From contig JAYWIR010000032.1 in the NCBI GenBank assembly GCA_036172245.1, positions 620,001-684,000 on the forward strand: a stretch of 64,000 nucleotides of DNA, in the 5' to 3' direction. This DNA is from Raillietiella orientalis (lineage: Eukaryota). Positions within the stretch are counted from its first letter, which is position 1, and each line of letters begins with the position of its first letter. The position numbers and the translations under genes are program-made. Below are positions 13,100-27,929 of this stretch, piece by piece. Under the pieces are notes generated by a model that saw nothing but the letters and a program-made list of their open reading frames with translations, did not search any database and was not told where the DNA came from.

Positions 13100-14110
13100 G
13101 CCGTCTTCTCCGCGTGTCGATGTGCCAAAGTTGCATCTTGCTGGGGAGGAGTGGGGGGGAGGGAAATCGAATTTTTGCTTTCATCTTGACCAGATTGGAC
13201 TGGACTCCCCGAACTGTCCTTCCCCCTGGTTACTGCATTCGAATCTTTGCCTCTCAGACCGGCAAACTCCTTTTCCAACTAGAAGGCTCCTTTCTCGATC
13301 TTGCACTTCTTCTTCTGGCAGATATTCCATTAACTCCGCGACTAAGTGGGCAGTCAGGCATGTGAGATGTTCACAGAGCTATGCACCGGCGACAAAAGAA
13401 GGCATCCTCACGTCAGGAAAATGTCACTGCGAGAAAGCTGGCCCTCAGCCTTAGTGGATTCTGGAAAATGCATGTGAGTTATGTGGCATCAGTAAAGGGT
13501 GATTCGAGCGAAAGAGTGGACGAATGAGAAATGGTCTCAGATCGAACAAGATACTCTTGGATAATCCCGATTGAGGCAAGGAAATTTTTTTTTCAACCTT
13601 TTCGAGAATCGGAACGATTCCTCTGTTTCCCACTCTTTTAGAAGGAACGAGCAGTTCACTTTCCTCACGAGGAGAGGCAGACGGATCCATCGGGAAATGA
13701 CGCACAGCTTCCCATATCTTCTAAAGGATGAGACGTGTCCGGTTTAGAAGTAGGAGACTTCCGTAAGATCTGTGGAATAGGAGAGGAAACCGGATGAGCC
13801 AAGAACAGCATCCAGCATTTCAGGACTACAAGGTTCGACTCCAAGACAAGCGGGAGGCTGCTGGAAAGGAGAGGAGCATTCCATGCGCTGTGGAGGGACC
13901 GTCCGAGTATCACAAAGTGGTGACAGGAGACACTGCTACCAGATTTCCGGTCGCAGTGGCACATTGGAGCATGCAAGACCCGTTGGCAATAACTCTGCTT
14001 TATCTCGGGTGGATCACCGAGGATGGAATCGGGTCCAGAGGACTGAAGGAAAAGCACTGTGCCGTTCTGTTTGGAGCCGACCTTTGGATCTCCGCAAAGA
14101 TAAGATGAAG
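13100..14110 (+). mobile_element. Decayed LINE reverse transcriptase remnant
   Basis: SLVDSGK (LD.EKAFD-like), SRLRQG and DFRKICG...AKNS (F...SG..N..KS) occur in order, with stops. Confidence 0.4.
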
Positions 14111-15699
14111 ATTTAGACCGACATTTCATGCCATTCATCATTTCCGTTGCTCGAGAGAATCCTCACCGATTTCCGCCAACAGGTCATCCGGAAGAAAGTT
14201 CTTCATCCAGCGTGCAAGGCATGCGGGGCATCGAAGAGGTGAGAGCAAGATGCCAGGGGAGGTGGGAATTTCTTGCGTTCGTGTCCGCCGTGTTCAAGCC
14301 AGCCGGTGACGCAAAATGTGTCCTCAGTATAATGTCCCGTGTACTCAAGAGTTTGGTGCACACCACCCACTTCTTCACCTCTTCTGCACCATCTGGTCAC
14401 CGTCAGCTCCAAGTGCGATGCTGCATTCCTGGTTCCGCCGCGTGCACCGTCGGCCCCGAAATTTTGTTCTCGACACGCACCTCGTAGTGCTTCGCTCGCG
14501 CCAAAGCCGGCACTCCTCCGTCGCCGAAGAGGAGGGGCAGTTCCCGGAATCCACTCTCTTTCCGGCGCCACTGCTGCCGAGCCCGGACAGAGAATGTCGA
14601 GCGTGATGACTCCTGTTCAGGAGCGGAGGAACCCTTGAATCGAGCCACGCTATTGGGCAGCTAGAGGCCATCGGCTTCCGTTTCTCCATGGTCGATTCCA
14701 TGATTTGGCTGCCCAGATGATGGCGTCTCCCACGAGGCAATGCCTTGCCTACGTGCGCTGGAGCGCGAGTAAGCTGAAGGTAACTTTCATGATTTGCCAC
14801 CTCAGATGTTTTCCTGTTTGGCGTACAACTGTGTTTGCTGAATGTTGTCTCTCCACCTCAGATAACAAAATCCCATTGGGTATTAGGGAGCTTCAACGAC
14901 GGGAAAAACTTTTGTGGCGATTGATTACAGCCAGTGTTACATGGGTTTTTCTTTGTGTACAAAGATCGACTATCTCAAGAGCGAAGGCACATCGAAATCT
15001 CCATGAAAATTCATCTCAAGGACAACTGGATCCTTCTCATTGCACTTTGTAGAAGCCGATAACTTGTTCCTTTCTTTGGATGGCACGATGCCGTTCTGCA
15101 CGCTCGACTGCCCTGTGAAAATGCAATATCAATGTGGTCCAGAGTGCGCTGATGCGATTGCAGTCGATAAGGCCTATGAGATGTTGAAGCAGTGGGCTGG
15201 CTGATCGACGAGTGAGTACAAGGAATCCTCCACATGCGAAACCACCAGTCCACGCGGAAGAAGCACTCGATTTTCCCTGCTGTATCTGAAACTAGCAAAT
15301 ACTCTTGTCGTCTTTGGGAGGGAGGGTGCTCTTGCCGGCCTAATGGTTTCCAATGAGACACAAAAAAATCCTGCTGGTTTGCAACTCCGCTGCGAATTCA
15401 CATCACGAGTGAATTACAACTGATGAAGGATCCAAGATCGACATGTGGTTTGCAGGAAAACAAAAAAACTAGAGGAGCAAATTTGAAGAGATGAGAGATG
15501 AAAGCTACTGAAGTAATAGCTCTTAAGCGTACGGTAAGAATGGAAACTGTTAAAAAAAAAAAAAGAAAAAAAAAAAGCTGTTGACAGAAATGTTCGCAAG
15601 CCATTAGTGGATATAAAAGAACACGGTAGATTGCAGTCTTCGAACAAATCTCAGATTAGGAGCAATAGTTTCCCCACCATTATTTATTTATGTATTTTT

Positions 15700-17970
15700 C
15701 TTTATGGCAACATTAAGAAGTTATGGTCATGGGAGCTTCTGCAAATGGATTTCGAACAAAAGCACCCATCTGCAGCTTTGACCAGAGACGAAACAAAGAC
15801 GATTAACTCATTCCTCTGACGTGAAAAGACAACTCTGTTGACAGAACTCCTTTGCTGATTGAACTGTTCCAGAAAATTCATGCAGCAGCACACGTGCCAA
15901 GAGATCTGTGTGAGCCACGTGAATGATTGATTGCCGAATCTCTGAATGTGCAACTCAGGTGAGGCATTCTCATGCTCTCAGAGGGAAGACACCACTCGGG
16001 ATGTTAGCAGTGAGATCATGAGCTTGTTTCTGGAATGCCAGTTTCTCGCCATTCCGCAAAGCAGTTCATCGAAACCCCGAAATCAAAACTGCCAGCATCA
16101 TTAATTTTTTTGCTTCAGCAGCTAAACAAGCAAATCATTACGCCGAAGTACCCTCAAACATGGAAATTAAGGATGTGTCACAGCATCCGGATGATCAGGG
16201 TGCACCTTCTTTCGAAGCAGGGTGGTGGTGTTTCGATACCGAGGGCAGCTTGGTCTACAAATCAACCAAGCGATGAAGGATTTCACTTCTGAGCATTTGT
16301 TTCTTATTTGTGAATCCTTTTGCGTGTCTTTGAGTGGAGCATTCTTCCTCGGTGAAACTCTTTCGGCAGCACCACAAGCAGATGGAAAGAAAACCAGAAA
16401 GGACACAGAAGATATTTCTGCGACGGCGTGTGAGTCGTCTTCTTCTCAGCAGTTCCCAATGCTCCCACATTTCGTGAGCTCCGTCCTTCCTTCAGGTTCA
16501 GCTCCACATGTCTTCGCTGCTATCCACCTTCCCCATGATTCGTTTCTTGCCTGCCTTAGAAAAGTAGGCGCGCCGCAGCCTCAGACCGTGGCGCGATGCC
16601 ATGGTTTCAGCTTTCTATCTCACTGTTGCGTGAGAAAAGTGCATTCCCTCGAAAATACCCGTCAGCCAAATGGCTGAGATACGCGGCGATATTTCTGAGA
16701 TATTTCTGTAGAAGCAGTGCTGTCGTGAAGATTTCATTGAGAGCACGGAACGTGCCTCAGACATATCTCTTAGCACGTGCTCTGCTGCGTGAATTTCTGG
16801 AGACAGTTCCCTCAACAGAGAAATTCCTGTCAGGATGGGCAGAATCCTTCGCAAACGGGATTTGCGTCTGAGCTCTTTCAGCGATCCTGGAAAGTCCGCT
16901 TGACCTACTCATGCCGAGTTACCGGTGCACTAGTGAGAGCCGTAATAACCAAGTAGCTGCCATTTCAAGGCAGTGCGGCGGGCAAAGAACTTGGTTCCAG
17001 AGTCACCACTACCCCACCTGCTCACTGCAATTCGTAACGACAGTCCTCGTGTAAGGATGCATTGGTCTCTTCGGTGTGACGAGCTGATGTCGTTCGATCG
17101 CGCCCGATCGAGTATTAATCATCCCGACTTTGCATCTTGCTGTTCACTCGGAAACTTGAGAATTGGATGTATTCCCGGGCTGGAAGTCTTTCTAAGGTGA
17201 CCGCTGGAATTTTTCACAAACAGGCTTCCGGAAGCTCCCCGTGCCAGAAACCTGTGTTCCTGGTGACAGATTCATTGGGACTCGAGAAAGTGAGGAGGCT
17301 TTCAGTCGGCTTGCATGCTTTTCTATGAAGCTCTCTTCTTACTGGAGCTTTCTTTTTCTAGAACAGTGCTAAGCACCTCAGGATGGATATCTTCGTCATC
17401 CAGGGAGAACAGAAATTCATAGAACAGGCGGCAGGGTGGCATCACTGTGTGCCCTCAACAGGGTGAACATCGCGCTGACCCACGTCTGCACACGCCGATG
17501 CCATGTTCCTGTCGGTACCTGCTAATCCCAGGAACATCGTAGAAGGAAACGCCTCTTTAGACGGCAGGTGCGTGCGGAACGACATCGCGCGAGAGAATCT
17601 GGAACTTTAGTTTCACTGAGAGTCTCCCTCTTCCGGCCTAAATCTGTCCTCCGGAACAATTTGCTACAAAGCTTTTCGTGCATGCTTTCGTACAACTCTT
17701 CCCTCTCTGTTACATTGCTAGGAGACAGGCTTCCTTTACGAATGAGGCATGCGCCTCAGAGCAGACTAAGATGAGTCTCCGTGTATCTCGCATCTGTAGA
17801 AAGCACCTTTATTCGATCCTCACAAGATGCAGAGTGGGCATATCTCCAGAGCTGGCTTGTCCTCCGACAGTGGCAGAAGTGTTCTTCAAGAGCTGACAAT
17901 CCATCATTTTTCCCTCAGGATGAACTTCTCGAGTGCTACCACATCACACACATAGAAAAATTTTGCGACG
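15700..17970 (-). mobile_element. Decayed LINE ORF2 remnant
   Basis: KKKAPVRREL resembles KAPG.DGL; downstream W...EPEGRTELTK resembles W..LS..GR..L.K. Very degenerate. Confidence 0.4.
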
Positions 17971-18499
17971 CAAAATAATCAAGAATTGCAGATCCATCTG
18001 ATATCTTAAGCTCAGTCGCCTCAAAGAGCAAAGATTTGCCACTGAGGAGTGACTGAAAACCATTTTCCCTCTATCAGCGGGGAAGAGCATATCAGGATTT
18101 CCACAAACTGGCTCTCTTGCAGGGTCCCAAGCTGAGAAAAAAAGGCCTCGCTTGTCTTAAATTGGGTTTCCTCGAGCTGAAAATTCTCGTCTATCTGCTT
18201 GAAATATCTTTTGGTATCCTTTTCATCTCGGCGGCAATTAATCCTCGGAAGATGGAGGCAAAGTGAGATGCGAAGATAAAGGAGTTTGCTATCCAGAAGA
18301 AAAGCTCTACTGTTTCTTGGATTCGCTTTGCTTTGGAAATCGATTGGGTGTAACGGCTGCTCCGAGACGTTGCTGACCGTGAAGAGTTCGAACTCTCAGG
18401 AGATGATTCAGGCGACGTCGAGTTTTTTTCCTTTCTGCAGCCGGACTTGGATTTTTTTATTGTTTTAATGATAAGCGGCGTATTTCTCCATCATGCGCA

Positions 18500-19480
18500 G
18501 AACCCGTGAAACCAGAGGATACTCCCGCAAATTTTAGGTGTCACTTTCAGATCGGCTCCTTTAGATCTGCCATTGGGCATCTCAGCTCTTCCCAGCTATT
18601 CAGCGCCTCCACTGTTCCCCGTTATTTCCCGACAGCTCTCCACTCGATGGAGACCGGGATTAGAAACTGGATGTTTGTGCCCGAGTTTCTCCACCAGATA
18701 TCTCTTGTCCACTGGGATTTTCGCTCGTCAGTAGCAAACAACTGCCTCCGTTGCTTGGGGGGACACTCTTTCGTCCAGAGAGCTCTTTTGCTAAGGAAGA
18801 TTCCCCTGCGGACGTTCCTGGTGGATGGCACCGGTCTTGGAATACGCTCGACAATTCTGGAACTCAGGAATGGTCACGACCTCAAAGATGCGGAGCCCGA
18901 AAGCAGACTCCCAAGTGTAGCAGGGAGTCTTGCTTGCATTAGCTGTTGCGCCTGTTCCGCCTCCTCCACGTGTCGGATGGAATTCTGAGGCACGGAATCC
19001 AAGACGGAACATCATTCCAGTCGGAACACGTTGCCACAGGAAGAAACGTATCTACCCGACGGTTCGTTGAACAGTCCCTCCCAACCGTGAATGCTCTTTG
19101 CATCGACTTGCATACGCTGCCAAAGAAATCGACGGTATTCTTTGCTGTCGTCGCTGTCGAAGCACCGATTCTCGGATTTGAAAAATCATTCCGGGAGTGA
19201 TGCCTGGATTGCATGGAAATGGGAAGCGTCTGCGCACTTGACGGAATGCAAGCGCAGGAGCCACGCTTTCCTCCCTGTTTCCTCCCCTCCATCCCGCCGC
19301 TTCGTTTGCTTCTGTGCATATTCGACACTTCATCCCCTCGCCCTCTTTGCTCTCCCGGGAACTGCGGCGGAGCGTAATTCTGTATTCCAAGCTATGCTGA
19401 CCAGAGTGAGTCGCATCTCCCTCCCGATGCCACACCTGTCGAACTGGACACCCGTATAAGCTACAATGGATGACAACTAC
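18500..19480 (+). mobile_element. Decayed LINE ORF2 C-terminus
   Basis: QSLPT followed by TCIRCQ and later AWIAWKW, across frames, resembles zf-RVT and the L1-type C-terminus. Confidence 0.38.
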
Positions 19481-20999
19481 TGAGAAGAGAAGATAGGAAT
19501 CGGAATCGAGATCTCTTTGTTGGGTTGGATTCTTAGGACCAGATCTTTCAACCTCGTGTTCTTGCTAGGAAAGCAAATCAATTTCTTCTCTTCCGACACG
19601 AGGTGACCGCGATTTTGGCTACAGCTGTAGGGGATCTGTGAAAAGGCGGCGATGAGGAGACTGGCAAACCACGAATGGAACGATCTGCTGCCGTTTCCGT
19701 TGAGAGGACTCACTCACTTTGAAAAACCGCTGCTGCAGCGGCAAAGGGACCCGACTGGCTTACATGATACAGCCCTCGTGATATTCTCGAGATGTGGTTC
19801 ACCATCTTGCTCAGTTCACCGGCTTGCTCGATCTCTAGAGAGGCGTAGGAGGAAAGAAGAGTTGAAATTGTAGGTCGTTGAGTTCAAGGAACTTGGGGTA
19901 CTGCTACCGTTCGGCTGGCTGACCAGGTCTTGACGACTGAAACGGATTACACGTCTAGGAGCAAAAAAAAAAAGAGAAACACTTGACAGGGACAACCTCT
20001 CCATTACGCTGAAGCCAAATGACGTGAACATGGAACTGGAAACTTGAGAAGGGCGAGCTGCGTTTTCCTTTTGTTCTGGAAAAGACGTGGCGAGTGATCG
20101 ACCAATGATTGGTATGCAGATTCACGAACCGAAGACGTTTCTAATTTTCCCTGGGTTTCGTCCTCGTTGCGAGCTACCCAAGAGAGATGAACACTTGGAA
20201 AACGGTACAACGGCAGATTGGATGCAGATGCCAACGGCGAGCTCGCTTTCCATAAGTCGTGAAGTTGCTGCTGCCCTTTCTGTGAAAGAGAATCTTCCTT
20301 TTGGCTTCTACGGAAAGCGGGATTCGCTTTTTTTTTCTTTTTTTTCCCTTTCTTCTTGCGCTTCCTACCCAAAGCAGCAGCCGTTCCATAATAATACAAT
20401 CGGTCAGAAGGCAATGCCGCGGAGCTGCTTCGCAGTGGCACCAAAGAGATCCCTCGCACGGAGCTGAAACCACTGCACGAGATGGAATTCGGGAATCCGC
20501 CTTTGTTTTACGTGACTTCCTGCCGACTTTCTCAAAGGCAGAATGCCTTGCGAGGGCGAGCTCTTATCACAAACTAGCAAAACGAGATGAAACAGTGCAC
20601 ACTTTCGTGTTAAAACCTCCGCTGCTGAAGGGAATGCTCCGACGGTCGCCGTTCTCAAGAAAACGTTCTTCGAGCCGTGCTGAACACGTAAATCCACCGC
20701 CAGGCTGACACTTACAGCAATACACTGATAATAGCAAGCAGTAAAAGTGCCCGTTCGATGTTCAATTCGTGAGGGCCACATACTGAGGCATTAAGAATGA
20801 ACACGATAGATAATTCACCCAAGGAGATTTGCTCTTCGGCTGTGAATTGCAGGACATCCCATTGAAACTCTTTTCGTCAATCGATTCTGCGGTTTGATGC
20901 AGGCATGATTTAGGAAAAGATGAGCTTTTCTGGCGAAACTTTTTATGGCTGAACGTGCGTTTTCGGAACGCACGAAATCGCCGTACCATTCCCCCCTCA

Positions 21000-21830
21000 A
21001 AAAAAAAAAAAATGACCTTTTGCTGCATTATCGATGCTTTCACCGGTGAGTGAACTCTTTCATCCCTTTTATCGGTTTGATATGTTGCAAATGGTAAGAG
21101 GCCGTTGCGGAGACGTGTGGAAGCTGCTCGGGCATCAGCGCACGGAATTCCGGTCGAAGATCGGATGCCCGCGAATGTTCAACGACCCTGATCCACCCGT
21201 GCTGGCCTTTATATGCATTTGGAGCTGGTTCCAAATTTCTCTTACTAACGGATAACCTCCAAGGAATTTTATCGAAAGTGATCTCGTAAGCGCAAAAAAA
21301 CAATTCTCTGCAATCGCATCTCTTGATGCTTCCCAGGAACGCTCTGCTCGTAAATTCTGATCTCCTGACGACATTTGGCAGACTCCGAGCCAAGCAGTAC
21401 GCGGGCGGGTTCCATGGCCAGGGCTCGGATGTTTCTGGATCAAATGGTTCTCATTTCGACGCTGGGAGTTTCGCCATAGCGTTCTTCGGAGGGGCGATCC
21501 AGACGCAACTGGCAACTCGCAGCAGTGGAACACTCTCCCATAAGACATCTTTTTTTCTTCCATTAATGCAGGTTTTCTGATTTGACGCCGCCGATCTAGC
21601 TGGAGGTAAGGTCAACCTTGCATCAGACGAAACCATCGGCCGGATTCTGTGAAATGGAACAGTGAAGCGCGCAAGCGATTGGCAATTTTCGGTTTCCTAT
21701 TTTCAACAGGGGATCCTCGGCTTCTTGTGCATTTGCATCCAGCAGCCTGCAAACTCCATCCGGACGATCCCACTGGCTGCTGCTGCTCCAAGAAGTGCTA
21801 TATGGACGCACTTCGTTTTTTGAAAACAGG
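21000..21830 (+). mobile_element. Decayed non-LTR reverse transcriptase remnant
   Basis: SLDASQ (LD..KAFD), FWIKWFSFRRWEFRHSV (WI..FL..R...V) and KLHPDDPT (YADD-like) occur in order. Confidence 0.5.
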
Positions 21831-22523
21831 TCACACATCGAAGGCATTCTGTTATGTTTTTTTTTTTTCTTCAAAAAAAAAAAAACAAGCAAACAGACAT
21901 GCGAAGACTGTACAGGGGGATGAGCAGTGTACTGGTGGGACCGCAGAGATTTCGAAGCTGCACTTCGTTTCCATCAGGATGTAGGCGAATCGCTAACGAA
22001 TCCGCCTGCATCCCATATAGAGAGTGATGTTTCATTTTGGCTCCGCGCTGGGGTTTAAAGCAGCATCAGGAAGGACTCGGAAATATTTGAAAACCTCCTG
22101 TCCAGAAGATTCCAGCTCACCCGGATTCGCTCTCGGTCCTTCTGGAAGCTGAAGCCATCATTCCGACGCACGGCTTTCTTCCCGTCTGGCGCTTGGCCGA
22201 AAAATTCCCCTTTGCTTATTGCGGATCAGGAGAGCTGGTCGCCCCTGGCGAAATCCTCCGATGGGAGCGCCGTTAAGTGAAACACAATGATCCGGGAAGA
22301 CCGAAAAAAACCGCTCTTGCGTTTCATGGGTTGCTTTGGTCCAGAGCACGGAGCACGTTTGGGAGTGGCGACCGTCGGCTCCGTATCGGAAGAAGTCAGG
22401 ATGATTTCAGCCCCGCAACAGTTTCGCGGTTCCTTGGAATTTTTCCCAAAAGTTGCACTTTGCGGCCAGAATAAGTTTCCGGTAAATCTACAATTCAGCG
22501 TGCTGGCGGCGGAGGGGGGAGGG

Positions 22524-22551
<28 letters not shown>
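22524..22551 (+). repeat. (GA)n microsatellite, about 14 units
   Basis: Directly visible. Confidence 0.9.
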
Positions 22552-22555
<4 letters not shown>

Positions 22556-23654
22556 GGGGGGGAATTCTATTCGAATTTCACCGTCTTACTGAAGGGGAAA
22601 CGATTTCTTTTGTTTCGCTCCTCCCAGCGCCTCAAGAGCCGAGTTGCCAATTCAGCTGAAGGAATCGAAAGTTCATGTGTTCAATAAGTTATTAAAACAA
22701 CGAATGCGTTATTTAAAAACTTATTCTCGTAATCTGACATCACGTCCATCACAAATCGCGTCTCGCATCAGTTCCTTCCCTTATATGCGTTAACAGCTTT
22801 CTAAATCTGATGCCCGTCTGGCTTTTTGTAAAGTCTTTCACGGTCGGTACTCATGTCCAAAGAATTTCGTATCAATTACCTGACCGCATTGGAGTTTGAA
22901 GCACGTGATTGGGTTTAGTAATTTGGTGACAGCCGTGCGCAATTGAGTGTTTCGGATTTATCGCATTCTGGCCGACTCTTCCCTGACATTGACATACATG
23001 TGATAAATTTTCTCTGCAGTCTTCGCCACCGCCGCCGCCATCGCACCGGAATGGAGAGAACGCCTGTTCCGGCGGAACCGTCTCCCGAAATTCCGCTTCG
23101 GCGATGGCGGCGAGGTGTCCAGGGACGTCCGGGGATCGTTCTGGAAACTTCGGGCTTGCCAGCAGGGATTAGCAAAAGGCAGAGACTACCGTTGCTGGGG
23201 ACGCATAATTTGGCTTTATGGAGGGAAGGAGTTTCTCTCCTAATGGCGGATCAAACAGGAAATGGGCGCACACGGCTCGGTTATTCTAAATTCCACAAGC
23301 CAGCCAGGAAAAAAAAAAAGAAAAAAAAGTGAAATTCGTTCCCAATGAATGGGGGGTTCACGAAGACGAAAGTGCTCATTCACAAAAGTGAAGCCGAAGA
23401 TGTGCGTCAGCTTCGAAGGGCGGAGGGTTTTTGCCTTTGAGGAGAGCAAGATGCACGCCTGGATGCTGTGGAGTGTGCACGAAATTCGATGGGAGGCGAA
23501 TGAATGAATGGTGCATTCGCAGAGATCGATCCTTGCGGAGCATGCAGCGTTTGCAGAAGACTGGCAGAGTGAGGGGTTTGCACGCGGCTCCAGTCAGCAG
23601 TTGCAGATGCCACACAGCAGCCAGCACACCCAAAAACAGAGAAGAGGCATCTGC

Positions 23655-23800
23655 CCGTGTGGCTTGCAACCTATCCGCGCGTTGCGGATTCGAATCCCGC
23701 CCGAGGATGAATCGACAACGATGAATGGGCGCGTCGTGGGTTTCGAGTCCCCTCCTCGGGGTGTCATAGGCTGGTAACCCCTATGTTGAAGAGCTGCACG
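23655..23800 (+). mobile_element. SINE-like family A, head fragment
   Basis: GGATTCGAATCCC (23686-23698) followed by GTGGGTTTCGAGTCCCCTCC, as at 45704-45770. Confidence 0.7.
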
Positions 23801-24449
23801 CACGTTCGGGTGGCGTGGACAGAGTCAAAGAGCTCCTCCCAACGAGGACAACGGTTCTCCAGCACTTTGCGAACCCAAAAGGAGACGACAAAGCGACCCG
23901 CAGTTGCCGCTTTGACGACGAAACCAAGAAAAACTGCCTCTGAGAGACACCAAAAGTACTTTCGCTCTCGGGACTCCTTGGAATCCGCTGAGAACCAGGG
24001 ACACCGGTCCAATCCTCTGCCTTCACAACAACGTCTCTTGGCATCTGAAAACCACCTCGGGTGAGCTGAATCCCATGGGGGATCGTTCGCTCATTTGGTT
24101 TGCGCTTTGTTTGTCCCATCTTCGGGTATGTCGCTTCTGCCGAACTCTCCTGGCGCAGTTTTTCTCCAGACGAGCGAAGAATGGTCGGGCTTCATGGAAT
24201 CCTTTCGATTTCTCCCGTTGTCATTCCGCCCGCTGATCGATGCATTTCTTCTCTTTCTTTTCCTCCAGGCCTTCCCGAGTGATTTCCAACTTTCCCTCGG
24301 TCCAAAACGCCGTGGTATTTCTTTCGCTTGTTTATTTTCGTTCTCCCTACTTCAAAGGGACGCCTCATTGTCTGCGGGATTCAAAAGATGCACACGATGT
24401 GCCGAGGTTCGCATTCTCTGCTTGAATCCTTTCACGAACACCACCCCCG

Positions 24450-25030
24450 ATGGCTGCTGCCGCCTCGGATCTCGGGTCTCGTTCTCTTTGTGTGACAAGA
24501 AAGCTGAGAGACGCCATGTTCGTAGAGTGGTGCGCCATGTGAACCGAAGCTGGGAACTGTCTCTTCAGCTGTCGATGCCCGCGGTGCTGCAGATAGGTTC
24601 TGACGTCCTTTCTAGTGCACTGCTTTCATCCACACTGAGAAAATCAAGGATCCACTCCGCAGTTCCGCGTTCGAGTAGCCTCCCACCTTATCCTAGAAGT
24701 GTCTCCTTGACATGATCTGAGGTGGCTCGTTCCCGGCAATCGACGCGATGGATTTTTCGGCCCACGCACGTTATCCTTGACGACCGGTGGCAGCTGGGTG
24801 GGGCGGTTTCCCCACTTGACGTGAGGTTCATCCTCGTTAAATTCACGGCAATCGATCCAGAAGCCTTGCTGATCGCGGCAGGTTGGTAACTCCCGACGGT
24901 CTCTTCCGGGAGTATAGTTCTTGGGCATTTTCCTTGTTTCCCATGCTCGTCTGACGCAAGAGCACTTATCCGAAAGGGAACGCTGTTCCACATCATAAAC
25001 GTCAGCCTGCCGAAGATTGTGTTTTCCTGC
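24450..25030 (-). mobile_element. Decayed LINE APE endonuclease remnant
   Basis: NYTP...WIDCREFN...KWG resembles Y.P...W.I.GDFN...WG; a later TSRI resembles SRID. Confidence 0.5.
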
Positions 25031-25449
25031 TTCGCAGGAAAAAACGCCAACTGATAATATCTTCTTGAAGTATCTAAGGCTACTGGAAAGAAAATTTTTA
25101 AAGAGAGCTTGAAAACAAAATCTCGATTAAAAATATCTCTCCTAATTCGCGATTCGAGAAAGTTCAAGCAGCACAAAAAGATATGAACAAAATAGGGCGG
25201 ATGACTGCATTCGAAGTACACGGGATGCTCCCACGCACGTGATCAGTGCTCCCGCATGTTTCCATCTTCGGAAGTCCCGATCCTCCATTTTGAAAACTTT
25301 TAACGAAGCTCCCTAAGGCCAAAGCTGATCTCCAAAGAAGTGCATCATCAGGTAATCATTCCGCAGATCGAGAAATCACTCCCAGCTCACGGGAGCAAAG
25401 GTTGCTTGAGATAAAAAGAAAATCATAAAAGCTGTGATCAGAAATATGT

Positions 25450-26590
25450 CAAAAGAGTTCTGGCCTTGGGCGATGAATTTTGAAACAAGTTGTTCCAGCA
25501 ATAGACATTCCAGTGGAGCGAGAACGGCGACGTGAAACCAGCCGCTTGAAGCGTCTTCAGGAAACTTGTTCCATTCTCCCAGAAAAATGCGTAGAAAATA
25601 TGGTGGTGGTCATCGGGCAGATTGTCGGACATCTGCTCATCAGCGCACCGCCTGTACAGCTGTTTGGCTTTTCATACCTGCCGATAGCCAGGTCTTCACT
25701 GGAGCTCGCGAGGGAAACGCAAGAACTCGGCAAAAGAATTCGGTCTTCGCAGTCCCGAAGGGGTTCATCTCAACTGGAACGTCCCTTGGATCGAGGGATC
25801 ACGTGATCGCAGTGCACTTCTCCCTCCATCAACCCGGGTCCTGGCCGACAGCCTGAGCTGGGCAAGTCAGAGAGACAAACTGAATTTAAGGATGCCTGGG
25901 GCCAGATTTTTGAAATCCATGACTGCCCAATCCTCCTTGGTACCGGTGGCACAGGATTCGCCCGCTTGGAGTGGACCGGAATGCAACTGCTCTTCGACTT
26001 TAGCAGGAAGTGGCCGCACGTCTCAGGTGAACTGAAAAGAGCTTCGAATGATCTTGAAACGAACCTGAAATTCTGGTCGTCTTGGCTGGTTTTTTGAGTT
26101 GGAAGACCAGGGTTTCGTTTGAACTTTGAGGGCACGATGGACCGCATTTGAAATTTGGAAATGCGTGGATGCTCTCATGGTATTTCGACTTAAGAGGGGG
26201 TGCGAACTTGGGAGGAAAGGGATGGATTTCTGAGCAGCAGGCGCTTAGAAGTCAAACGTAAAAGTGGAGGAAAGCACGGATATACTACTCGTGATCCATG
26301 GACCCACTGTTTGGTCCTTAGAAGTTCTGGATAACTGTGTGCATCAGCACTAACATTGATGGTTGTTCTTACCGAAACTTGAAATTTGGACTCACAAAAG
26401 ACGTCTTTACAAGCTGCTGACCATATTTTGCACCATTTAGAGGATTTCGCTATGGAAGACGACTTCCGTTTCACAGCTTGAAAGACAATTTGCTGAAACG
26501 GTCAAAGCAGTCGTACGCACGAAAATCGTCGGTTCGGACGCTGAACGATGAATTTTCACGTTCCAAGACATAAGGAAGAAGAAGAAGAAA
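25450..26590 (+). mobile_element. Probable decayed LINE 3' end
   Basis: TTRDPWTHCLV resembles the zf-RVT ET..H....C segment; ends in a (GAA)n/A tail at ~26575-26592. Confidence 0.35.
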
Positions 26591-27929
26591 AGGCCTGATT
26601 CGCAGTTTGAAGGATCGGCAATATTCTGGTCTTGTTGGGTGAAGGAGCGGATCTCAACAACAGTGGCTGTTGAGGATGAAACAAGAGGAAAGAGTTGCAT
26701 CCGAAGGCAGGAGGGAAGTGTACCAGTACTCGTCTTGCCAGGAGTCATTTCCGTACAGCCTAAACGAAACCTCTGGTTGAAAATCCAAACGATTAATGCA
26801 GAACACCTCGTTCCACCATTTTCTAATGGGAGGATGTGACCACAGTGGAGGGTCAGGAAACCTCATCTGCTGAAACGTGCTCGGTTCAGCGAATCCCAGG
26901 AAACGCAGACAATGGAGGGTTGCAGAGGGGAAGAAAAAAACTCTATTCGCCATTTTGTGATCGTCAGAAAACGCCGGCTTCGGGAATCAAAGCCATTGAT
27001 CTTGCTGGCTTTTCACCTCACGATGATAAAAGAAGATGGAAGAGAACGCGGAATCCCTGCAGCCACAAATTCATTTGGAGATCAACGTGGTCCTGACAGG
27101 GAAGCGTTCTTTTCCTTCATTTATATGCTTTCCGAATTCCTCATGTGGCGGGGTGGGTGATTTGAACTGAATTTGGCAATTCAAGGAAGAAACCCATCTT
27201 TCTGCATGGAAGTGTTTTTTTTTTTTCCTTCTTCTTCTTTTCCAACCGCCTCGGTTTTTCAAAAGCCCATTTCGAAATTGAGGTATGTGACTCCATTTCT
27301 AGAAAACTCTTGGAGAGCATTAGAATTTTGCTGCATGGAAAATAAGAATCCGTCATCGCACGGTTAGAGTCCTCCGCACCTCTCCGGGAATGGGCATCCC
27401 GCATGCTTTTTGGATCTGCTTTGCTCCTGCGCCGAGTTTCGAGGAAGAGAGGATGCTTCCACCCTGGAGCGCAAGATGCAAGAATCCCGCGCATGGTTTT
27501 AGATAAGCGTTTGCGCCCAACCCAGAGTGGAGCGTGTTGAAAACCATGATGGCAAAGATGAGTGAACCATGAAGCGTCTTAAGGAAATGACCGTCTAACG
27601 GGAACTCTCCAGTTAGGAACTGTAGAAGTCGTCGTTAATTTTGAGCATTTCATGAGTGCACTCGTAATTATCCGAGGGATGGCTCGTTTTGCCCGAGGGT
27701 GGTATAGTTGTCTCACATCTATCGTAATGCCGCCTCCCTATTCCTCAAAGCAATCCGTCTGCGCATTTTTCGCGCATCGCGCCGCACTGGAGTCTGCACT
27801 GCTTCCACATCTCGCAGTGATCCCAGAACACCGGATGCTGTAGACGAGCAGATTGGTTGGTTTGTTGAGTGTTTATCCGAAGATCGTTGAATCCTCGTGA
27901 CTGCTTATTCCAAGCATCAGTCACACATG